NCBI GenBank assembly: GCA_050084515.1
Contig: CM114271.1
Coordinates: 26,908,001 to 26,972,000, forward strand
Source of the DNA: Blasia pusilla
Lineage: Eukaryota
Reading direction: 5' to 3'
DNA length: 64,000 nucleotides
Positions 47,025 to 58,577 of the stretch are shown piece after piece. Below the pieces are notes generated by a model. It did not search any database and was not told where the DNA came from. It was given only the letters and a program-made list of their open reading frames with translations. The translations under genes and the position numbers were made by a program. Position 1 is the stretch's first letter, and the number at the start of each line of letters is the position of its first letter.

Positions 47025-48866
47025 CATGATCTTAACCTAGGAGATACTAAACCTTGAAGTGAACCTATGAGATATTAAATGTTTATCTCAACCGAGAAGA
47101 TACTAAACCTTTGAGCAATGAGTCCAACCTACATAAACAACAAGAAAGAAAATTGAAATGAGGTTCCAAGGAATAAGCCCAACTTGCAAAAATGTCAACG
47201 AAAAGAGCGAGCAAAAGTAAGAAAAAAACTCAAAGCTACACAACATAAGGAATAGATCAACGAGGAGAAAACTGAATGAGTTGGTTGCAACAACAGGGGA
47301 AAAAAAACACGTGGCTAGCCACTACCATAATGCCACAACTTGCAAGATGGGATATGAGAATAAAGTTGTGGACTGGCGATAGGCTATCTTCACTCCACTC
47401 TACTCTTTTCCTACAAGCCCTGAGCAACTTGTAGGAAAAAAGTAGCAAAGCAGAGACAATATATGGCTCCATGCACCCTAAAGGACGGAGATAAATGATC
47501 AAGGATTTGGGAACAAGCAAATTGACCCCAACAAGATCCTCAATAATGACCAAGACTAAGTGAATCTTTTGAATTTCTAGGAATCTCCATACGTCATCCT
47601 TGAACCAAATAGAAAAAAAAAATCAATGAAAAGACTTAGTGCGAAACGGAAAAGATTCACTATAGAAGCGAAAAGACTCGAGTTCTTAACTACTATATGA
47701 CTTTGCACTTTAGATGGCTAGTATGGAAAAAAAAAATCCTATGGCAAATAGACTCCGATCGATGTAGAAGATTGGAATGAAGCAACAAGAATAGAAATGC
47801 CAAGAACACCAAATGAGGGTGTCACATCTTATTTTGACGTAGGTAGAGTTCTTCATTTGATGATTTAAAGTTAGTCAACATGAAGCTCAATTAAGTGTTA
47901 GAAGAGGGGAGGAGATCTTAGATCCAAATATTTTTGGGAAACTTATGATATCTGCATGAGCATGAACCTCATTCAGTAACATTCATTCTAGAGAATGCGT
48001 TGTTTTTGGGCGACTCTCATCACAAGTGGTGACGAGTGTGCGTTAGGTTTATGCATGGACTAGACTGATAGAGTTATTGGATACGGCTAGCTAGTATACG
48101 TTTGCGTACGCATCGTCCACACCTCTGATGGATGAACTTGATGTTGCATGAAGTTTTGAGGAGGGTCTATGTGAGAGTACAAATACAACAAGTTTCAGGC
48201 CTTATGTGACTAGGCATTGATCGACCACCATATAGTGTGGCAAGATCATCTGGAGGTACGTGGATGGTCTAGCCAATCATGGTTTCTAGACTATGAAGAG
48301 GGGTTTATGCAAGTATGACATGCCACTTGGGAGATTGGATACTACAACTCTAATCGTCGGCAATGGGGTATAGATTTAGCTACAAGTATGCATCTTTGGC
48401 ATGCTAATCACCTTACTTTTTGCTCTACACTTGAGAGTTGGATTTACCTATGGCCATTTTTCGTGATGTTATTGAGGTGCTAAACCTCGGTAGGCTTGAT
48501 GTGTGGGTACAAGCATATTCCTAGAGATTGAAAACATTTTGGCAAGTTATGCCCACCACGTTAAAGAACCTAGTAATTGCACAACATCAAGACATGTTGA
48601 GTTATGCATCTATTTGGGGAGGATGGTATCAATTGACCATCTAGAGGTTCTATCCGAGGGAACAATGTCTACATAAAGTAGACAAGGCCAACAACTTTGG
48701 ACATGATGATAGGGCACATTATTTTGAGAGTAGGAGACATTTATCTAGTGTTCTTTTGTTAGAGGAGCATACTAGTATGGTTTGGAGGGACCAAATTTGG
48801 AATTGTACGCCATGTCACCTTGCCCAAATCAATGGTACTGTTGATCCAAGCTTGGCACTAGTACTT

Positions 48867-49234
48867 TGTCATGACCATACGGATTATGTCGTAGAGTATG
48901 GTGTGCTAGTAGAGGCCATTCCTTATGTAGGACCGTAGTGGATTGGTAGAGATGCGGTTCCATACATAGGGTTGGGGGTTACTCAGTTGGGGGTGACTTT
49001 CCCAGTAGGGCCCGCTCTTAGGTTGGAGGATATAAGGTGGAGTGCACTCAAAGAACAGTCAGTTCTTTGAGTTGAGGCTGTTGCGTTGGGAGTTAGCCTT
49101 GGTAGTGAGTAGAGCTCTTGGCTATGGTGTTTCCCTCAAGCTTCGACCTAGATTCTCCCATCGTGGAGTGGGTTTGGCTCAATTGTATGTGATTGTAAAT
49201 GTGTTTTATGACAGTAGGTCTTTCACGCATTTCA
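48867..49234 (+). repeat. Terminal repeat A1 (368 bp)
   Basis: Matches 58104-58471 with about 7 substitutions by manual count. Confidence 0.95.
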
Positions 49235-50959
49235 CTCAAAGAACTGGAGTAGATCGATGGTAGCTTCGATTGTAGATTAGGAGGATCTGGTTAGGGCTGA
49301 TTGTGTACTCAGCCGTGGATGTTCGGGGCTTGTTGCCTATGTTGGAGGTGTGAATCAGGTGCATGGTTGGTTGGGAAAGAAGCGCCTTTCTGAGATCTTT
49401 CCAACGCGCTGTAGATCGCCGGATTTCGTCAAGGGAGTTGGAAGTTATCAAGCATTGAAGATTCTGGTTTGTGTTCGACAGTTTTCTGATGTGGAGAGCT
49501 TGGAGTGCGGAAGCTCTGTTGAAGTTCATCCAGATCGGGTGAGAGGTTCCTATTGCTACTTGTATTGTGATCTCATGTGAAGCTATCTGCTCGAGTGCGT
49601 GGAGCGTTGCGGATTTCTGCGTGCATGAAACTTGGCGGAAGCGCTGTCGGATTTGCGGTTCTAGAGGTGTATGAACAGCAAGTTTGTCTAATTTTTAGCT
49701 CGGAGTACGGAGCTTGGTTGTAGCTGAGTTTTTGTGGGGAGATAGCTATGGTGGTCAATTGAATTCTGATTGAAACAGATTTGATTTCGGTCACGTATTT
49801 GTGAAGTAATTTCTGATCAAAATTTTGCGGACTAGCTCAAGGTCAGCGGTTTGGTGGACAGCGGATCGGAGGGGCTGGTTGGTTGGTGACTTGTTCATTG
49901 TTGGAGACGCCTGTCCCGTTGGGGGCGCCCTGGTTGGACCTCTCTCCATAGCGAAGCATGGCGAAGCATGGCGAAGCGTGGCGAACGGGGCATGTCTCGG
50001 CGTTTTGAGGCTTCGAGGCTTCGAGGCAACTCGTGGTAGCTCGGGGCGAGTGGGCGTGAGAGGCGGAGTAAGGAGTAAGCAAGCTTGGGCGTGAGGCAAT
50101 TTTTGCAGGATTTGGGATTTGAGTTTTGCATAACTGGTCATCCATCTTTGGGCTATTCTGCCTGGAGGACGCTTAACTGCTGAGTTCTTAACTATGCCAT
50201 TGTACAGACTGTTGTAGCTCATTTGGTGCTCTTCAGAGATGTGTTAGGCGCTTTATGCATCTCAGGTTTTTGGTTGATGTACCTCTAGCGCATAGTACGG
50301 TGTAGCCTCTCCATGCAGGTGATATTTTCAGGTGCTGCGAGTTCGACTAGTACGTCATCATCGACCGGCGGAGTAGCTATTGCGTTAGAATTGTGTGGTG
50401 GGTTTTGTGGATTGGGGCACCACGTTTGGTGGATTGTGTTACCTTGATTTCCATTTGCGGTTGGAGGGTTGTCGTTGGACTTCGTATGCGGATCCCCTCC
50501 ATCGTGCTTTTGCTTGCGCGCCCATTGTTAGGGTTGACGCTGATTTCGAGTAGTGTTACTCCTGTGTGCTCCGATAGTGAGGTGGAGTGATGACCGAGAG
50601 ACCATGGGAGGCTTCTTGTAGTGATGAGAGGTTAGATTGCCTACACTCATAGCTAGTAGAGCTACAATAGTAGAGCGACATCGACGTCACTTGGGTAATT
50701 TGGTGGTGGTGCGGCATCGGCGTTGGTCATCACGGAGCTGTCGGGTGGTCTGGTTGGGGACCGTGGTGCGGACAGTGGTGGTTTCACACGGAGTGGATTT
50801 AGGTATCGGCTACCTTTTCCACTTCCGACGGTTGATGAAGAGGAGGACCAGGGTGTTCCAAACACCGAGTCTTCTACGTTGTTATCGAGTGTTGCAGCTC
50901 CATTGATTTGGGACATGGACGGTGGATATGGGGCCATGAAGGGCCCACGACGATACTCG

Positions 50960-52110
50960 GTGCAAAGTGGGCACTATTGAGTTGGAGGACTTCATGCAGG
51001 AGTTTGATACGTGGTGTGATATGCAGATGTTGAACGCCACGCGTTGTTTACACCCTTCTTGGCTTGGAAGGGTTGTTTCAAAGACTTGGAAGGACCACCC
51101 ATGGATGATTACCATGAGTTTAGGAAAGACCATGTTGCTGAGATTGAGGCGTGGAGACAATATTGGTCTCCAGGCTATGTGTCTATCACCCATGGTGGTA
51201 TTGGTAGTAGTGCTCCTACTATGCCAGCCAGCCCGACGTTGAGTGGTACGAGTACGAGCCGGAGTGGGGGTACCAGTGGAGGTACTAGTGGGGGTACTAG
51301 TGGAGGTATTAATGCCCCACCATCGTTCAGCCCGGTTGCAGAGTTCTTCAAGAAGTTGAAGAAGAACTATCAAGGATTGAAGACGGAGAAGTTGAGGAAT
51401 CTTCAGGACTTTGAGCGAAAGACTGGTGAGAGTCTTCGTGAGGTATACACGCGTATCGATGCTTGATTTCATTACCAGGGTGTGACTGAGGATCAGCGAT
51501 CCGTTTTGGTATGGGATCTTGAACAGAGATTTGCGCCGTAGGGCGTGATGCTACTCTTATGAGTGATGATTCACCCACATTGACCCATGTGTTTGCTCTA
51601 TCTCGAGAAGATTGAGCTTAACATGGTGAAGGAGAGAGTGGTGACATCCGCATTCAGTAGGGATACAACTACTACTTCTCGGGTTCAGCCGCCCACCTCA
51701 CAGTCTCGTAGTAGTGGTGGTGGTAGTAGTAGTGGGAGTCGTGGGGGGTACACGCGACCTCACTCAAGTCCTAGAGGGACATTTGTACAGAGACCATTGC
51801 CTTCATTTGCTGCCCCGCAACAAGGACAGTCATGTTGGACATGTGGAGGTGATCATGTTAGGAAGTTTTGTCCCCAAGAGGATGGGAGACGGACTTTGGA
51901 GGATGGGCCTCAGTCGGCCCCAACTCAATGTGATCATTGCGGGAGACTAGGTCATCCTCGAGAGCGTTGCTTTGATCTCCATCCCGAGTTGAGATCAGGC
52001 CGTGGCCGTGGTGGAGTAGCTCCGAGAGGCCGAGGTGGTAGAGGTGGTAGGGGTGGTAGAGGTGGACCAGTGGTTGGAGAGCCTACAGTGGCTACCCCTA
52101 CCACTACGAC
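50960..52110 (+). pseudogene. gag: gag (frameshifted in this sequence) with two CCHC zinc knuckles and an RGG-rich tail
   Basis: CWTCGGDHVRKFC, CDHCGRLGHPRERC, RGRGGRGGRGGRGG; capsid-like segment FFKKLKKNYQG...QDFERKTGESLREVYTRI. Confidence 0.85.
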
Positions 52111-52799
52111 AAGTCGACTATGGTGCCAGGATTGGCTTGATTGGAGCGGTTGGCTACTATGGCATAGATGAGGTTCGGGAGCAGGGCTTCCACCTCTTAT
52201 GGAGGGGATGATCTCTCTTATATGGCGAGTGCAAAGAAGTTGAGGCATCAGTGCAGATTTAGAGGAGCCACTCGGCGTCGAGCCACGTGGTGCTCTTGTG
52301 GAGTTGGACCCACTGAGGGGTGAGGTGGGAGGCGAGCTAGGCTTCCCAGTCATTCTTGTTGTCGAGGTGCTTAGGACTCCATCCATGGTTCCTACGCAGC
52401 CTATTGAGCCGAGTGGGGACAGAGGCATCTACATCGGCGTGTAGTAGACACGGATGCAACATCCAATGCAAAGATTGCGGATGGCAACCGGTGTTGGGAT
52501 CCCCATTTTTTTCGCCACGGAGCCGATGGCTTTAGGAGTTGACTTAGCTCCTGTATTTCGATTAGCGACCACGTTTGTGTGAACGTGGGGTGTTTCTTGC
52601 TACACGTGTTGAGGTGGATGAGGGTGTTGCGGTGGAGCGACCCTCTATGTCGAGTAGCATTGAGTACAGTGCTACTTGGCGGGCAAAAGAACGGCGAAGA
52701 TGGATGCATTACTAGCCCGGCGACCATTGATCGTGAGAGGCTCACACTGGTGTATGTATGTTGGACAACCAGAGTGGGATCTTCCGATTGGTGAATCCT

Positions 52800-53200
52800 A
52801 TAGACAGTGTATAGACCAGATAGAGTCTTGTTAGACTCGGTGCCCAACCTTGATGTTGGGAAAGGCGGCATGTATTGGTTTGGGTATTCGGAGGTCGAGC
52901 TTGAGCCTTGCCCATTCCAGATTCAAACATCACTTGAGGAGCCAATGATAGGTCTCAATTCATGACACGGGAAAAGTTTTCTATCTGATTGAGACCAGAT
53001 CATGCGACCGATAGCTCCCGGTTGGGAGTATCTGCGGTAGTCACATCACCGAGTCGTATGATGTACTAGTTGGAGGAGCGATTGTACCCGATGGGTTTTC
53101 AGATGGATTATCGGATCGAGACGGCGTCTTCTGAGACCTGGTTGGCAGTCCGGGATGGACGTATGAGCCAAGTTCTGTGAGATTTATTTCGGGGCTCGAC
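52800..53200 (+). pseudogene. Retropepsin aspartic protease domain (frameshifted)
   Basis: VLLDS(G)AQP at ~52824; YDVLVGG at ~53058. Confidence 0.7.
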
Positions 53201-53544
53201 CAGAGGGTCTTCCCCAACAAGGTGTTAGCATCTCGGGCTGGTTTTAGTGGAGTAGTCACTTGGCCAGAGACTTTTGGAGGGTAATGTTTCGCTATGGATT
53301 CTTCATGCATGAGGAGGTAGAGGAGGTCCCTATTTTTGAAGCAAAGTGGCATCCTCATCATTGGATGTGCCACTTTGGAGTTCAGCGGTGCACTACGGCA
53401 GAGGCGTCGCCTAGTGCAGAGGCTTGGTGTGAGGTGTTATACCTCACGAGGAAGAGGAGGCCCCACGGCGGACTCCTACTTCTGGTCGATTAGGTTATCC
53501 CCTTTGGATACTACACCCATTGTATGGCAAAGTATCCGCCGGAG

Positions 53545-54500
53545 GGCATTTGTGTGTTAGATCTCTTTGGTGGGATTTAGCACCTGGTTTGGCGGCAAGA
53601 TGTTGCAGGCGGTATTCTGTGCGGAGATACGTGTATGTGGAGCGAGATGAGACGGCCCGAGAGAGTCTCATCCCGACATATTGGTCGATTGATGCGGAGA
53701 TATCCGAGTTGTTGCCGCCATCGCCTATTGGGTGGGTACCGGCGTGTTTTTACCATCATTCATTGCATTGTTGGGGCGCAAGACCTTGAGAGGGTTGGTC
53801 CTGTGGATTTGGTGATTCTTTGGATAGCCATGTCGTGGTCATACACGTCCGGTCGTGGTGAGGGATTACATGACCCTAGGTCTCGATTGTTTTGGGAGAT
53901 GTTACGGTGTTACGACATCTTCAGTTCATCAGCACGTGCTCTAGCTTACATTCTCGAGAATGTTCCATTGTTGGGTGACACTCGGACCCGGATGATGGCG
54001 AGTGTTCATGAGGTGCGGTCTTGGATTGGACCAGCGGTGTTGTTGGATGCAAGGTCATGAGTTGGCTCGCGTGCACATCGTCCACGCTTGTGGTGGACAA
54101 ACTTGTTGCCTAGGAGGTTCTCGTCGAGCATATGATGCAGTGTAGCGGGATCCTCGCCTTACAGTGGATAGTATCTTGGATACAAGGCGACTTTCTCAAG
54201 TGGTGAGGGTTATTGATCGGTCACCCATGGCAGTGGTGAACCGTGTGGGCCAGCCTAGGATGGCACTACCCACATTTTTGAGTTTTCCCGCGTCACATGC
54301 CTACATGGAAGGTGGTCCTGGGCTTGTATGGGATTCTCATGTGCGACAGTTGGTGGAGCCTAACGTTGATGAGAGAGAGCGTGCGATGGGATTTGCTACT
54401 AGTGTGATAGCGGTTGCTTCTATTTCTGAGGCTTCACGACGTCATGTGTTGGGTCAGGCCATGGACCTGAATTGTTTGACTTGGATTTTGAGTCTTGGTA
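53545..54500 (+). pseudogene. C5 DNA cytosine methyltransferase domain (DNMT3-like) within pol, frameshifted
   Basis: Motif I VLDLFGGI (~53554); motif II YVYVERD; motif IV VDLVI..G(W>stop)PC with PC at 53828-53833; SRLFWE; motif VI YILENVP (ENV at 53956); motif VIII SRAHRPRLWWTNLLP (54067-54111); motif IX ERERAMGF; motif X RRHVLGQAM. All in canonical order. Confidence 0.88.
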
Positions 54501-54849
54501 TGGCGAGCAGCGTCGACTTCGGACTATGTCGTGGGTCTTCCACCCCGTGTAATGAGCTCGATGGCTACCGGGGCCGGTAGAGGCATCGGTGGAAGCGAGA
54601 GAGTAGTATTTTGCATCCTTGGAGTAAATGGGATGTAATGGTGGGCATGTGGAGTTGGTTGCTCATCTTTGGTGGAGGAGTTATTTGCTCGAGATGATGG
54701 TGTAGCTAAGGGTGTACCATCTTGTGAGGGGGTTATGTGCGACCAATGGCATCGTCCTCTCCCTCTAGTGTGCGGTGGAGGAGACTTGGGAGCCATTACT
54801 TGGGCCCAAGCTACGGGAGGTGAGAAACGACGCTGACACAGCGGTTCCT

Positions 54850-55600
54850 ACGTGCTTATAGGAGTTGTTTTGCCTTTAGCATGAAGGAGTTGGGTTCTCT
54901 GGTTGGACCCGGTATCACGGATTGATTTGGCTAGTGATACGCCAATCTTCCGTCGTCCCTACCGATATAGTGATATGGAGAGGGACTTGATTGAGTAGGA
55001 CGTTGGACCTTTTGGAGGCTGGATTAGTGGAGTTGTCGCATGGAGAGTATGCATCGCCCATGTCATGCTCGCTAAAAAGGATATGCATGGCAACTACACG
55101 GATAGGCGGATGTGTGGAGATTACCGTCTATCAATCGGCAAACCAAGGCCGATAGGTATGCCATGCCTACACCTGAGGAGATCTTTGATGTGGTGGGACA
55201 GCAAAGATTTTCAGATTTTTGGATCTTCGGGGATACCATCAATTGCCGATTCGGGAGAGTGACAAGGCCAAGACAACATTTTGGGGTGTCAACTCTCATG
55301 GCAAGGATTGTTTGTACCGGTGGAAACTCTTACCCTTTGGGTTGAAGAATGCACTGCCGAAGTTTCAAAGAGTGACGGACAGGATCCTAGCAGGGTTGGA
55401 TTTTGTTCGGTGTTACATTGATGATATCTTGGTGTTGAGAACACGGTGGAGGAGCATCGATACATTTGCAGATGGTGTTTGAGCGGTTGAAAGCTCATGG
55501 TCTACGTTTGCATCCGGAAAGTGTAAGTTCTTCCATGAGGATGTTGAGTACTTGGGTCATGTGATCTATCCGGTGGTTTGGGAGTTCAAGTAAGCAAAGG
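54850..55600 (+). pseudogene. pol: Ty3/gypsy-type reverse transcriptase (frameshifted)
   Basis: RRMCGDYR, YAMPTPEEIFD, DLRGYHQ, LPFGLKNA, catalytic YIDD at 55414. Confidence 0.92.
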
Positions 55601-55609
55601 TGGAGGCTA

Positions 55610-56200
55610 TTGCACTTATTCGCGTCCGTAGATGTGAGTAGAGTTCGAGCATTCATGGGATTGGCGAACTACTATCGGAGGTATGTGAAGGGATTTAGTG
55701 CTATGGAAAAGCCTTTGAACCAATTGCTGAAATCAGATCAAGAGTGGCATCGGGAGATGATCGGGGAGAGAGCTTTTGTGGAGCTTAAGGCCAGTTGGTG
55801 GCGGTGCCTATCTTGAAGAGACCTATCGAGGGTGCCCATTCCGATTACACACGATTGGAGTAGGTTGGGACTTGAGCGGTGTTGACACAACATGATGATG
55901 AGCACATGGAGTTTGTGGTGGCCTATGCAAGTCGTTCGAATAATGCAACGGAGTTGCGCTATAGTTCATATGAGGGAGAGTGCTTGGCAGTAGTGTGGGC
56001 TGTGGCACACTTTAGGTGTTACTTGTTTGGCACCCAGTTTACCCTTATTTTCGATCACCAACCGCTCAAGTGGTTGATGGAGTCGGACAAGCTTACGGGG
56101 GAAGCTTGCACGGTGGGCTCTTATCTTACAGAGTATGACTTCCAGGTGGTTCATAGACCTGGAGTTGCCAACCTTGATGCTGATGGGTTGAGTAGGAACC
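55610..56200 (+). pseudogene. RT connection and RNase H domain
   Basis: RAFMGLANYYRRYVKGFS, HTDWS, VAYASRS, YEGECLAVVWAVAHFRCYL, DHQPL, NLDADGLSR. Confidence 0.9.
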
Positions 56201-56589
56201 CATGTACTAGCCAAGAGGATACAACAGGGGCTAGATGGCATGGCGAGGTTGATGAGGAGATGGTGCCAGGTTGGCATGCATCCGCCTTTTTATGTTGGTT
56301 AGGGGTGGACTCTAGTATGGAGGACCACGTGATATCTTACTCTAGTCGAGGGTAGATGGCCACCTTGAGATCCTAAGGTTGGAGATGGTGGTACGGATCA
56401 GCGTGATATTCATGATGATGCGTTGGTGTTGGAGTTCCTATGGACCAGAGGATGCCAGGCATAGTGAGTGCCAAGGAGCGAGACCGTGTTCTTCAACGTG
56501 CTAAGAGGTATCGATTGAGGGAACACATATTCTCAGCGTGTGGGAGGATGGTAGAGTACGAGTAGTGCCACATTTGGCTCGAGAGAGCG

Positions 56590-57650
56590 CAGCGACATGC
56601 CCATGAGGAGTTGGGACATTTTGGGGTAAAGCGACGTATAGCTTACTCCTTGGCAAGATTGGTGGCGTGGCATGCATACTCAAGTGCAGCAGATTGGTGT
56701 CACGTTGTATGGTTTGTGACCGGTGAGGGCATCATTTAATGCCCCTACACCACAATTACACCCCTTTCCTATTATGGGGTTGGGTTACCGTTGGAGTGTG
56801 GACTTTGCGGGACCGTTACGTTGGTATGACGTCATCATCGATATGTGTTGGTGATGGTGGAGCACTTCTCCAAGTGGATTGAGTTGGTGGCATTACCGGA
56901 CAAGGCGAGTGAGGAACGGCGTATGCGTTCTGGATAGAGTGCTTAGTCATTTTGGTGCACCAGCTGAAGTCTTGACCGACCAGGGTCTGAGTTTCGGGTG
57001 AGTTTCAGGTCTTGTGTGACAAGGCGTTGATTGATCATCGGACCACGTCTCGAGATCATCCGAGGCGGATGGTTTGGCCGCGTGTGGTTCAGGCGGTGAA
57101 GAGGGCATTGCGCAAGTATGGCCTCTGAAGGGCATCTTGAGACAGGATATTCGGTTGTCATGGTTAGCCATGGGGTATAGGTTCATCGCCAAGCATCCTT
57201 GGCTTCCTTCTCACCTTATTTTCGTTATACGGCCGAGAGATGCAGACTTGCCAAAGAAAGAATTGTCGGGAGTCTAGTGAGGTGGTGAACCTTGATGACC
57301 CAGAGATGTGGATGAGGGTGTGTTCTCTCGAGCGGAGCTCTTCCAGGAGAGTTATGCCAACGAGCCTTTGAGAATCTTGCCATTGCTCAACACAGGGGAT
57401 ACGTTGCCGTATGCAACCATTCGAGGTGGAGGTTATCGACCATCGATTCAGAGGTTCCATGTGGGGACTATGTCTATTTGCAACAGATTGCCCGACAACG
57501 TTGGATGTGACGGCATGCCGCACTATTTTACGAGTCGCGAGGTGTTAGCTTCGGAGTTCTCATGTTAGAGGGTCGTGATGGAGTTTTTGGAAGGACCATG
57601 TGCGTAATTGTGCGCCATGTCATCTTCCAAATGTGGATGGTCTTGTTGAC
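56590..57650 (+). pseudogene. DDE integrase with HHCC zinc-binding domain (frameshifted)
   Basis: HEELGHFG...CMVC, WSVDFAGPL, EHFSKWIELVAL, HFGAPAEVLTDQG, DGLA...VKRALRK. Confidence 0.88.
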
Positions 57651-57683
57651 CCAAGCTTAGCCATGATACGTGCTAGCTTGAGG

Positions 57684-57825
57684 TGCATGTTGTGTGGGTC
57701 TCATTGGTAACGGCTCGTATGTTGGTGTGTGATCGGTGTTCTAGGGGTTGGCACATGATGTGTTTGACTCCACGTTTGGATGTTGTTCCTACTTTGGAAG
57801 GTGGGTTTGTCCTCGATGTACTTAG
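57684..57825 (+). other. PHD finger at the integrase C-terminus (two frameshifts)
   Basis: CMLC...MLVCDRCSRGWHMMCLTPRLDVVPT/GRWVCPRCT* gives the C4-H-C3 pattern with W before the last CxxC. Confidence 0.85.
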
Positions 57826-57995
57826 GAGAGGTAGATGACTTGATCTTTGCATGATATGGATTACGGATGTGCGACTAACGATGGGGCAACCTAGCACCCG
57901 GCCTTCGATTCGGGCACCCAAGAAGGTGTATAGCATGTAGTAGATGTATAGGGCTACCGGGAGTTAGAGGACCTAACCCTTGATTAGGGGGGCGA

Positions 57996-58577
57996 GTTGT
58001 GGTACACTTGTGTTTGTGGATACTCGTCTATGTTATGTATGTATGTGAGTATGGTATGTCGGCGATGTATGTTGTATGACGATGTGGGATTCGCACGACA
58101 ATTTGTCATGACCATACGGATTATGTTGTAGAGTATGGTGTGCTAGTAGAGGCCATTCCTTATGTAGGACCGTAGTGGATTGGTAGAGATGCGGTTCCAT
58201 ACATAGGGTTGGGGGTTACTTAGTTGGGGGTGACTTTCCCAGTAGGGCCCGCTCTTAGGTTGGAGGATATAAGGTGGAGTGCATTCAAAGAACAGTCAGT
58301 TCTTTGAGTTGAGCCTGTTGCGTTGGGAGTTAGCCTTGGTAGTGAGTAGAGCTCTTGGCTATGGTGTTTCCCGCAAGCTTCGACCTAGATTCTCCCATCG
58401 TGGAGTGGGTTTGGCTCGATTGTATGTGATTGTAAACGTGTTTTATGACAGTAGGTCTTTCACGCATTTCAGTTGTGGTACACTTGTGTTTGTGGATACT
58501 CTCGTCTATGTTATGTATGTATGTGAGTATGGTATGTCAGCGATGTATGTTGTATGACGATGTGGATTCGCACGACA
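57996..58577 (+). repeat. Right-end composite B1 (57996-58100), spacer att, A2 (58104-58471), B2 (58472-58577)
   Basis: B1 and B2 are near-identical 105/106-bp repeats. A G-rich tract agggggg(c)gag immediately precedes B1. Confidence 0.95.

Larger units (their letters stand above)
48867..58577 (+). mobile_element. Ty3/gypsy-like retrotransposon (family 1) encoding a DNA cytosine methyltransferase and a PHD finger, with split direct repeats
   Basis: Termini TGTC...GACA; TSD ACTT at 48863-48866 and 58578-58581; domain order gag-PR-DNMT-RT-RH-INT-PHD; terminal repeats arranged A1, B1, A2, B2. Confidence 0.93.

Noticed and set aside
48867-58577. Classification as a DIRS/Ngaro tyrosine-recombinase element
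   Set aside because: No tyrosine recombinase motifs seen; HHCC/DDE integrase, aspartic protease and a 4-bp TSD are present; the methyltransferase is C5-cytosine type, not the adenine type found in DIRS.
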